A DNA stretch of 62,756 nt, counting the filler, from Chrysochromulina tobinii (Eukaryota), in NCBI GenBank assembly GCA_001275005.1. It is 4 parts of 4 records of this genome, joined end to end, with 100 filler letters (N's around TTAATTAATTAA, not from the genome) between each part and the next. Parts side by side here need not be neighbours in the genome. Positions count along the whole stretch, not along the records: positions 41,367 to 59,713 come from JWZX01001024.1; positions 59,814 to 62,756 come from JWZX01001034.1; 2 more parts are not named here. One strand, 5' to 3'. The position numbers were made by a program, and so were the translations under genes. Below, piece by piece: positions 53,642-62,756 of this stretch (position 1 is the first letter of the stretch; each line of letters begins with the position of its first letter). The notes under the pieces are model-generated. The model did no database searches. It was not told where the DNA came from and saw only the letters and a list, made by a program, of their open reading frames with translations.

Positions 53642-54913
53642 TCAGAAGAACCAATTAAACATGTGCTGCTGCAGCAAGGAGCCTCTGGCAAGCAAGTCGC
53701 GATACGGCGATCGTGCGAATTCTCCGCTCCGTCGTCGTTTGCGACGCCGATCTAGAGCCGGGTGATGTGCTGCTCTTCGTGCCGTCTGCTCCTCGCCGGG
53801 CGTCGGCACTCCAGCGCCACTCACCTCTCCCGCAGCCTCGCCTCCGACCTCTCCGGCAGCAGCCTCTCCAGAAGTATGCGATGCAAGAGGCTCATCGACA
53901 CCGTCTGACGTGTCGTCCTCTAGAAGAGGTGCAAAAGGCGAAGCGCTCGCATCCCCAGCCTCCAATGATGGGGCCTTGTGCGCAGCATGCGGCTCCTCCA
54001 CAGCGCACATCTCTGCGACATCCTGAGCCTGCTCCGCAGCGGCGGCTTCCACAGCTTCCACAAGACTGGTAGCGCTCAGGACGGCGATTGTAGCGGCGGG
54101 CGCCTCGGAATGCACCGCACCCAATGCATGCACCGCTCCCAATGCATGCACCGCTCCCAATGCATGCACCGCTCCCACATGGTCCAGACTCCACTCCAAT
54201 GCTTCGCCGACATCTTCGTCGTCGTCGTGGCCGACGCCAAGCGCGGTCGGCGCGGTCGGCGCGATCGGCGCGGGCGGCGCCGTCGGCGCCGTCGGTGCAC
54301 CCGTGGCTTGCGGAGGTGGCTCGACGGCTGGCACGGCGGATGCACTTGGAGGGCACGCGGGCAGCTCGACAGGCAACAATGTGGCCGCCGCAACAAACTC
54401 CCGAAGTCCCAGGCGGCATGCTGGCAGCTCGGCGGGCGGCGAAGCCGCCACCGCCACAAACTCCCGAACGAGCAAGTCAGTCGTGGCGTCACTCTTCCGT
54501 GCGAGAGCGAGCAGCAAGGGCGGCTCTGGATTCTGCCGCAGGATTCGTCCCGTCGCCCGTGTCGATACATGGGCATGTAGCTGTGCAAGTAATGTAGCCG
54601 CTCGACCGATGGACGCTAAGCACGTGAGCGCAAACGGCATAAAGTAGGTCATCGCGAGCTGATGGCGCAGCAAGGCGAACGGCGCAGGCAGCGCGTGAAG
54701 CGCGCGCTCGATGGCGGCGACCGCTGCTTCGGCACCGCCGATCGGTGCGAGCCCCGACGGCTTGCAGCATGTGTGAGCTTCGACCATTCGTCGGTGCGCC
54801 AGCCGCAGCCTCTGAAAGTAAAGTGCGCGGTGGTGCTGCTGACGGCTCACCGTGACCACGCGACCAAGGAATGCCAGCTCATCCCCGAGCTCAGATGCGT
54901 CGCTGGATGGCAT
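53642..54913 (-). CDS. Probable NEPRO/Rmp1 (DUF4477)-like protein with low-complexity tail
   Basis: SRQQHHRALYFQRL and TYFMPFALTCLASIGR resemble the Rmp1/NEPRO N-terminal domain; basic RRRKRRR near the C-terminus. Gene ends uncertain. Confidence 0.55.
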   Translation of the reverse strand: MPSSDASELGDELAFLGRVVTVSRQQHHRALYFQRLRLAHRRMVEAHTCCKPSGLAPIGGAEAAVAAIERALHALPAPFALLRHQLAMTYFMPFALTCLASIGRAATLLAQLHAHVSTRATGRILRQNPEPPLLLALARKSDATTDLLVREFVAVAASPPAELPACRLGLREFVAAATLLPVELPACPPSASAVPAVEPPPQATGAPTAPTAPPAPIAPTAPTALGVGHDDDEDVGEALEWSLDHVGAVHALGAVHALGAVHALGAVHSEAPAATIAVLSATSLVEAVEAAAAEQAQDVAEMCAVEEPHAAHKAPSLEAGDASASPFAPLLEDDTSDGVDEPLASHTSGEAAAGEVGGEAAGEVSGAGVPTPGEEQTARRAAHHPALDRRRKRRRSGEFARSPYRDLLARGSLLQQHMFNWFF

Positions 54914-55160
54914 CGAATGGTCTGCTGAGGGCAAGTGGGGGTGCTCGCATGCAGTGCACCGAGGATCGTCAGGAACCCGCCGTCGAGACGGCCCACAAAA
55001 CGGTTTGCGGACGGTCCTGGCAGTCGACGTCGCTCGGCGGAGTGGCCCGAGCGTTCATACGCGAACGCCCCAGGGCGTTCACACTGCATGACACGCGATA
55101 GACACAGCCCACTTTCTTCCACACTAAGGCACATGTTTCTCGCGCATTCTCTCCTGTAAT

Positions 55161-57134
55161 TCATCTGAGACCATCCGTGGACGGGCTCTCAGCACCCCTC
55201 CAGACAGGTTTAATTGGTCGACGGGGGCTCAATTCATCCAAACGGCGCCAAACAGACCCGATCGGGGGTTGGGTCGGCACCTGCTTGACGTCGGCCAGGT
55301 TCTGGCCGTTGCGGGCCCACGTGACCCCCGGAGCCTCAGATGCTGATCGACGCAGAGCCTTGGGGCTCCCCGGAACTTCCCCCTTGGGTATGAACACGGA
55401 CGTGTGCGCCAGCGCCGGGTACCCAGAGTCTGAGCCCCGGAAGTCGCCGCGCTCGTCCGGCTTGGCCACCTGTTCCCAATACTCCTTACGCGGGCCCCGA
55501 GTGGCGAGGGTATCGAGGATCGACTCGGGCGGCGGCCCTTGCGAGTGCAAGAGCACGCCGTACGGCCGACCCGCCACGCCCATCTGCGCGCCCGCCTGTA
55601 TCCGTTGGACAGCCGCCGCTCCGCCCCGCCACGGCCGAGGTGTCCCAACGGCCGGGTCGGTCCGAGGCGAGGGTCCCCACGCCTGCGGCCCCGCACGGCC
55701 ACGTGCACGCACGGCGGCGGCGACGGCGCGGGCGCGGGCGCGGTGCGTGGGTGCATGAAGGTCGCCGCCAGCGCCCATGGCCTCCTCCGCCGAAAGCTCC
55801 GCCTCCGCCGTAGCAACTCGCACGTCGCGGACTCGCAGCTCGGGCGGCAGCACACCGGTAAACTTGGCCAGGTAGTCGGGGAGTCGTTCGTAACCGCCGC
55901 CCACGCGCACCGCATGCGCCCCTTTGCCCTTCTCGTCGCTCATGCGCTTGAGCTCGATCAACAGCTTCACCAGAGAGTCTCGCTCCTCTCTGAGCGCCTC
56001 CCACTCCGCCGGCGAGCCCATCGCTGAGGGTAACGGCGCGCCGCCGAGCCGCGGCTGGGCCGCCGGCCCTTGTGCGAGCTCGCGCGCGTGCTCGCGCAGG
56101 CGGCTCGCCTCCTCCTGCGAGCGCGCGCACTCCGCAGCCAGGATCTCCTGGTTCTGCTGCCCTTTGGCCAGCTCGTCCCGAGTCGCCTCGAGGGACATCG
56201 AGAGGGAGAGCGCCAGTCCTCGAGCGTCCTCCGCAGCCTCGTGCGCTGAACGCTCTTTCTCACGCGCCTCCTCGACGGCCTCGTGCAACTGGCGCAGCTG
56301 TGACTCTTGCACGATGCACCGCGCGTCCGCCGCCGCCGCCGCGCGCTGCGCGTGCACCACCGCTTCCCGCATCTCCGAGAGCTCGAGGGAGGAGATATCC
56401 TGCCGACGCGCCGCCGCCTCCGAGGCGGCGGATGCGCGCGCGAGGCTCGAGGCCGCGTAGTCGTCGCGCCGCCCGATGTCGGCATCGACGGCCACGATGC
56501 CAAAGGCCGCCGCGCGCGCCACGGCCTCGGCTTTCACCACCGCCTCGCGCGCGTCTGCGAGCTGCTTCTCGTAGTGCATGGCGAGCGCGCGCATGGCCCG
56601 CACGGCCCAGGTCGGCGGCGCCTGACGACCCGCCGCGTGGTGGATGAGCAGCCGGTCGATGTGCGAGCTGGCCGCCCCGGAGAGCGCCTCGGTGGCCGCC
56701 CCGGAGAGCGCATCGGCCGGCCGCGCCTGGAACGGCGAGGGCGGCCGCGGCGGCCTCGGCGGCGCCTGCTGCTGCTGCTGCTGCTTCTGCCTTGCGCTAG
56801 CAAGGTGTTTCTCGAACTCGATGTTGGCCCTCGAAGCCGATACGGCCGCATAACTCTCCCTCTCCCTCTCGGTAGCAAGCGCATTCGCGCGCCACTTTTC
56901 TGACGGGTCGAGCTCCTCGGCGATCGTGGCGAAGGTTGCCGCCGCCGAGGAGCGGCCGAGGCCGAGGCCGCCGGGTTGGCCGCCACCGCTTTGGCCGCGT
57001 TGCTGGTACGGAGCGTTGTGCAGCGCGGGCTGCGACTGCGAGGGCGCACTGCGCAGTCCGGGTTCGAGCGGCGGGTCCGCCGGTCGTCGCGCTGCGAGTG
57101 AGAGGTGCGGCTGCGAGTGCGAGGTGCGCAGCAT
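55161..57134 (-). CDS. Coiled-coil protein with GAS2-related (GAR)-type VRVGGG motif
   Basis: 657-aa ORF; long coiled coil followed by AVRVGGGYERLPDYL. Confidence 0.7.
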   Translation of the reverse strand: MLRTSHSQPHLSLAARRPADPPLEPGLRSAPSQSQPALHNAPYQQRGQSGGGQPGGLGLGRSSAAATFATIAEELDPSEKWRANALATERERESYAAVSASRANIEFEKHLASARQKQQQQQQAPPRPPRPPSPFQARPADALSGAATEALSGAASSHIDRLLIHHAAGRQAPPTWAVRAMRALAMHYEKQLADAREAVVKAEAVARAAAFGIVAVDADIGRRDDYAASSLARASAASEAAARRQDISSLELSEMREAVVHAQRAAAAADARCIVQESQLRQLHEAVEEAREKERSAHEAAEDARGLALSLSMSLEATRDELAKGQQNQEILAAECARSQEEASRLREHARELAQGPAAQPRLGGAPLPSAMGSPAEWEALREERDSLVKLLIELKRMSDEKGKGAHAVRVGGGYERLPDYLAKFTGVLPPELRVRDVRVATAEAELSAEEAMGAGGDLHAPTHRARARAVAAAVRARGRAGPQAWGPSPRTDPAVGTPRPWRGGAAAVQRIQAGAQMGVAGRPYGVLLHSQGPPPESILDTLATRGPRKEYWEQVAKPDERGDFRGSDSGYPALAHTSVFIPKGEVPGSPKALRRSASEAPGVTWARNGQNLADVKQVPTQPPIGSVWRRLDELSPRRPIKPVWRGAESPSTDGLR

Positions 57135-57283
57135 TGTGGCCGGTGGGTTGCCGCGACGGTTAGGAGAGTGTAAAGTACTTCAAACTTCCGAGGATTGCAC
57201 CTCCCGAGCCTCCCCTGAGGTGTCTTGAATGCCTGACGAGTTTCGTTCCGATTGGGAGGACAATCAACCTAAGAAAAGGACCC

Positions 57284-57849
57284 ATGCAGCTCAGGTGTGT
57301 TCTTGCTGCCCCTGCTGCGCGCCTCGCGCTCCCTGTCGGGCCTGACGGGCTTGCGTGCGGCCGCTGTGGAGTGGCGGTGGCCATCAGCTCGTCGGAAGCC
57401 CCGCCGCCCACGATCGACACACATGCAGGCGAGCCGCGTGGAAGTCGCCGCCGCTTCTGAAGTGACTTCAACAACTGCTCCTCCCAGCCGGAGGCAGCGG
57501 CGACAGCTCGCCAGCTCCGCCACGCGCAAAAGTCCTGTGCAAGCACCATGAGCCACGCCGCCGCCCACCCAATCGCGCGCTCGTGCCTTGCATGCTCACA
57601 AGCTGCTCGACCGCCCTGGTGCTCAGGTCATCGGCTCTCAAGCTGTCGCAGCGCCTTGCGGCGCGCGGCTCGGGCGCGGGCATGGGAGGCGGCGGCCACG
57701 CCAACAACCCCACCTTCATGTTCCAGGCCGACTGGCAGAAGAACAAGTGGAAGGGCGCTGTCTTCGTCCTCTCGGTGGTTGGCCTCGGCACCTACCTCCC
57801 CTGGTTCTGCCTCTCCTTCGCGCAGCGCAAGGCTGGCGTGTGGAAGTAA
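57284..57849 (+). CDS. Small mitochondrial single-TM protein, cytochrome c oxidase subunit VIIc-like; two exons
   Basis: Exon 1 57284-57294 (ATGCAGCTCAG) plus exon 2 57627-57849 gives MQLRSSALKLSQRLAARG..NKWKGAVFVLSVVGLGTYLPWFCLSFAQRKAG: basic presequence, one TM, and a P..Q.K ending like COX7C. Confidence 0.55.
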
Positions 57850-58266
57850 GCAGTGCATCCCAATTCGAGGCGGCTGCGGCGATAGAATGGCGCGGCCGCC
57901 GTGTGTCTATTGCCTCGCGGGGACAGGGAGGGCGGGGCCCTGCGACGTGTCCTCAGCGGATCCGGTAAATGCCAACGCTCGTTTCGGGCGGCCCGGGGGA
58001 TCGCCACTCCGTACTACAAAGTTCGTTGAGAGGAGCACACTTAATATTACGCATATTAGCATATTACGCATAGCCTCACGTGAACTCAATGCTCGCACAA
58101 CACTAGCCTGCGCACTCCAGTCTTGTGCGATCTTAAACGATTCAGCAGCAGCCCTGGGCGCTGTGGGGCGCCGTCCCGTCCAGGGACGCCCCGTGCATCC
58201 TCGAAGCGGTACTGCATGTCGTGTCCTATGATCACCGGACGAGGGCGCGGCAGTCGTGCGCGACGC

Positions 58267-58620
58267 TCACTGGTACAGCGGGACCTCAGCCTCGAAAAAG
58301 TCACTAGTGCGGGTGCGCCCTGTCGGTTCCTGCTTCGGAGGCGAGTAAACGGGCTGCTCAAGCTTGGCAGCCATGGTGCCCTTCGGAAGCGGCTTGTACT
58401 TGAACACCGTCTGGCCCTCGTGGAGCGGGCCCGTGTATACGTGATCGTTGAGAGCGCGGCCGTGCCAGTCCGTGGCGAGCGGGGCCTTCGAGCGCGGGTC
58501 GAGAAGCTGCTGCTGCTCAGCGCCAACCGAGCGCGCGTAGCCGGACTGCTTCGCAGTCACGCCGGAGATCCACGGCTTCTCCTGTGGCGGGAAGAGCCTG
58601 CTTTCGAAGGGGTTGGCCAT
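58267..58620 (-). CDS. Small hydrophilic protein of unknown function (117 aa)
   Basis: ATG-started ORF with G/C-ending codon bias and protein-like composition; no recognised domain. Confidence 0.5.
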   Translation of the reverse strand: MANPFESRLFPPQEKPWISGVTAKQSGYARSVGAEQQQLLDPRSKAPLATDWHGRALNDHVYTGPLHEGQTVFKYKPLPKGTMAAKLEQPVYSPPKQEPTGRTRTSDFFEAEVPLYQ

Positions 58621-58950
58621 CCTTGGCGCGGCTGTCGGCGAGCAGCGGGATGGCCCAAGTCCGTTTTCAGACTTCTGAGACTTTTTTGGATCATGTCTGT
58701 GTAACCGCCGTTTTGGATCTCCGCATCCAATTGTACGTCCCCCCTTTCTCTGCCCACCTTGTCTTCGCGCTACTTGATATGCTTTTCCAATGCATACACC
58801 ACGACAAATTGCTTGATTGTGCCTGTGCGGCCTTCTCTCTCACCATGTGCACATGTCTCTCACTAACGCTCAGCGTTCAGCCTTTTTCGGAGCGTAACCG
58901 CCCGGCTTTTATTGACCTCCCGATTCGTCCCCCCAAGGTTCTCTCCCCGC

Positions 58951-59713
<763 letters not shown>

Positions 59714-59813
59714 NNNNNNNNNNNNNNNNNNNNNNNNNNNNNNNNNNNNNNNNNNNNTTAATTAATTAANNNNNNNNNNNNNNNNNNNNNNNNNNNNNNN
59801 NNNNNNNNNNNNN
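59714..59813. other. Artificial contig spacer
   Basis: N44-TTAATTAATTAA-N44. Confidence 0.97.
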
Positions 59814-61445
59814 GTGCTGCGTCTGTGCATCGCTGCTCAGCGAAACAGATCCACCCGAGGCTCGCAAGAGGTTAGCTTCCTCGCAACACCGAGCATGCAC
59901 GGTTGATGCAACCCATCTGGAAGGTCGACCGACGACACAATGCAAAGAGCAGATCGATGAGGCCGCTTCCTGCCGGCTGCTGCGACACGTGTAGATGCGT
60001 CTAGCACGAGTGCTGCGTATGTGCATCGCTGCTCAGCGAAACAGATCCACCCGAGGCTCGCAAGAGGTCAGCTTCCTCGCAACACCGAGCATGCACACAC
60101 GGTTGATGCAACCCATCTGCAAGGTCGACGACGCAATGCAAGGTGCAGATCGATGAGGCCGCTTATTGCGGCTGCTCCTACACGCGTAGATGCGTCTAGC
60201 ACGAGTGCTGCGTCTGTGCATCGCTGCTCAGCGTCACAGATCCACCGCCGAGGCTCGCAAGGTCAGCTTCTTTGCTTGACCAAGCATTGTTGTCGCCGTC
60301 TTGGACTCAAGTGCACTGTCGTCGACGCAATGCATGTGCGGATAGATCAGGCAGCTTCCTGCGGCCGCTGCTACACGCGTAGATGCGTCTAGCACAAGCG
60401 CTGCGTCTATGTATAGCTGCTCAGCGTGACAGATCCACCGCGCGCCGAGGCTCGCAAGGTCAGCTTCCTTTTGCTTGACGAAGCATTGTTGTCGCCGTCT
60501 TGATGGACTCAAGTGCACTGTCGTCGACGCAATGCATGTGCGGATAGATCAGGCAGCTTCCTGCAGCTGCTGCTACAGACGCGTAGATGCGTCTAGCACG
60601 AGCGCTGCGTCTGTGTATAGCTGCTCAGCGTCTCAGATCCACCCGAGGCTCGCAAGGTCAGCTTCCTCGTAACACCGAACATGAGCACGACTTTGCTTCT
60701 GTAAAACAAGGCCACTCAACGCAGCGGTGTGTCGTGCTATACACATCTAGGCGTGTAGCGGTAGTGTAGCGATGTAGCCGCCCGAAACGGCGTCCTCGAT
60801 GTGCACCGTCGCATCGTCGAGCATGCAGACGGGTTGCGTCGAAGGTCGCACCAAAACCTTGCTCATGCTTCTGTGCAGCAAGGCCACTCAACGCAGCGGT
60901 CACATCATGGCGTGGGGTAGTGAGCGCAGGACGCGGCGTCCTTGATGTGCACATGCATCGCGCGCGGCGTCGTCGAGCAAGGTCGACTTCCTCGCAAGAC
61001 CAAGCATGAGTATGGTTGTCGCCACCTTGGACTCAAAGTGCACCGTCGACGACGCGCAATGCATGTTCGGTGTTTTGCGAGGAAGCTGACCTTGCGAGCC
61101 TCGGGTGGATCTGAGACGCTGAGCAGCGATGTACAGACGCAGCACTCGTGCTAGACGCATCTACACGTGTCGCAGCAGCCGCGAGAAGCTGCCTCATCGA
61201 TCTGCACTTGCACTGTGTCGTCGACCTTGCAGATGGGTCGCATCAACCGTGCTCATCCTCGGTGTTACGAGGAAGCTGACCTTTTGCGAGCCTCGGGTGG
61301 ATCTGAGAAGCTGAGCAGCTATACACAGACGCAGCGCTCGTGCTAGACGCATCTACGCGTCTGTAGCAGCAGCCGCAAGAAGCTGCCTCATCGATGTGCA
61401 CTTTACATTCGTCGTCGACCATGCATAGGGTCGCATCAACCTCTG
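59814..61445. repeat. Non-coding array of about 200-bp units: five forward and two inverted copies
   Basis: Core TAGATGCGTCTAGCAC..GCTGCTCAGCG..CAGATCCACC..GAGGCTCGCAAG..GTCAGCTTCC near 59814 (partial), 59992, 60187, 60380 and 60584; reverse-complement cores near 61070-61165 and 61260-61355. Confidence 0.9.
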
Positions 61446-62334
61446 CCGCCGTCGCGTGACTATACAGATAGGAAAGGGCCGAGAAAGGGGCCGAGAAAGG
61501 GGCCAAGAAAGGACGTAGAAGGACGTTCCGACGCAAATGAAGCCACCATCGGCCACCAACACCGGGCTGCGAGGGAGGCCGCGGTGTTGGTGGCCGAGAC
61601 AGCCGATGCAGCAACGGTGACCGTGTTGGCGGGCATATATAACACTTAACACACATCAACAATAGCGAGACAGTTTGTCTTGTAAGCGCGCTGTGCGGTG
61701 TACGGTATTGTATGTACAGTAGTCGACGACATTTGGTCAGACGAATAGCGAATAGTGTAGTCTGCGTGGGCACAATGGTCTGGTTATGGTCAGGCATCCT
61801 TACAGTGTAAACTGCTGTTATTTGCAGTAAATAGTGCCCAAATTTTCGCGCCTGCGGCGGGCTAAGGGGCAACTTGAATACCCCTTCCAGAACGCGCGCC
61901 CCGGTCGATCCTCGACAAGTGGTGCCTACCCATTGCTATCTCGGCAGCCGTCGTTCTCGCGGACGCAACTACCATACTCCTCGCCGCTCCCATGAGCTTC
62001 AATGTGTGTGTGTGAATGTGAATGTGTGTCTGTGTGACTTCTAACACACAAACGGGTATGCTGTCCCGGCTCCCCCGGCGTTTTTGAAACGATTAACAAC
62101 TATTAGCTTGCTGGGAATAACGAAACCGGGACACACTAAGGTGACACACACGGGACACGGCACCACGGCAGTCGGCACACCGGGCACACGGATCCCAGAC
62201 GAACCGTACAACCATCCCCTGACCCGAACAGCGCGCACTCGCTCACCTCTTGAGCTCACTTCGCGCTCGCCGCTCGCTCGCGTGCCCCACAAACGTAGGC
62301 CTGCCCAGCTTGAAGATCATCAATAAGAACAAAA

Positions 62335-62756
62335 TTAGGAAGTTGACGAGCGATACGCGCGCCTGGACGATCGATGGCTCGAACGACGACTCATCGGTCT
62401 GAACGATGGCGCGAACGCGAGCGTTAACCTCGCTGAAGGGCTGCTATTGCTGCAGTTCTTCTCATCACTCCTGTGGCTGCTTCCATCGTGATCGAGGAAG
62501 CGAGAGCCCTGATGGTCACAAGGCGTCACAGCAATCGCATGGACGTGTATGAGCGAGTAGAGGCGTTCCGTGAACGGCCGGTACAGCTGTACGAGCGCAT
62601 CTCGATGGCGAGGCAACAGATGGCCACGGCCGCACGCCTTCGAGTTCTGCTTGCCTTTGCCTCGCACTCGAGCGACGGCCTCAGCGGTGATGGCCGAAGG
62701 CATGCCTGCGTGGCGTAGCACATCTCTGAGCACGACGGCGGGGCGGCGCGCGTAGC
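62335..62756 (-). CDS. 3' end of a gene cut by the window edge, possibly a sulfotransferase-like C-terminus
   Basis: RDALVQLYRPFTERLYSLI resembles the L..FY.P.N..L..L end of heparan-type sulfotransferase domains; weak evidence. Confidence 0.35.
   Translation of the reverse strand, partial: YARRPAVVLRDVLRHAGMPSAITAEAVARVRGKGKQNSKACGRGHLLPRHRDALVQLYRPFTERLYSLIHVHAIAVTPCDHQGSRFLDHDGSSHRSDEKNCSNSSPSARLTLAFAPSFRPMSRRSSHRSSRRAYRSSTS

Noticed and set aside
59814..61445. CRISPR array
   Set aside because: The core is ~100 bp and degenerate, the linkers are themselves repeated, no cas genes are present, and the context is eukaryotic.

Overview
This is GC-rich eukaryotic nuclear DNA, most consistent with a haptophyte alga (inferred from an Lhcx/LI818-type antenna gene, high GC and satellite-filled spliceosomal introns). 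It is four contigs joined by artificial N44-TTAATTAATTAA-N44 spacers (27466-27565, 41267-41366, 59714-59813). About 22 protein-coding genes can be supported. Recognisable ones are Lhcx (plus an inverted second copy), a mitochondrial phosphate carrier, an NKAP C-terminus, a COX7C-like protein, a DnaJ protein, a METTL21-type methyltransferase, a C45/Ntn hydrolase and a beta-lactamase-fold serine hydrolase. Unusual multidomain proteins include a motif-dead myosin head + LRR + C2 + IQ + TM anchor, a TMEM144-like DMT fused to a GPR155/LYCHOS-like PIN-GPCR, an XK-scramblase-like domain with a long decapeptide-repeat tail, a Cj0069-like domain fused to a kinase, and a >3900-aa Sfi1-like repeat protein. 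The strongest non-coding signal is a recurring intron class. The intron 5' end duplicates the start of the next exon (11-14-bp direct repeats centred on AG|GT), and the intron body is a 10-11-bp satellite of branch-point-like CTGAT/TTGAT words. Some of these introns are stacked in tandem, and one preserves a dead acceptor and a duplicated 24-nt micro-exon, which suggests ongoing intron gain. No rRNA, tRNA, CRISPR array or transposase was recognised. All family calls come from motif recognition by eye, not database searches.
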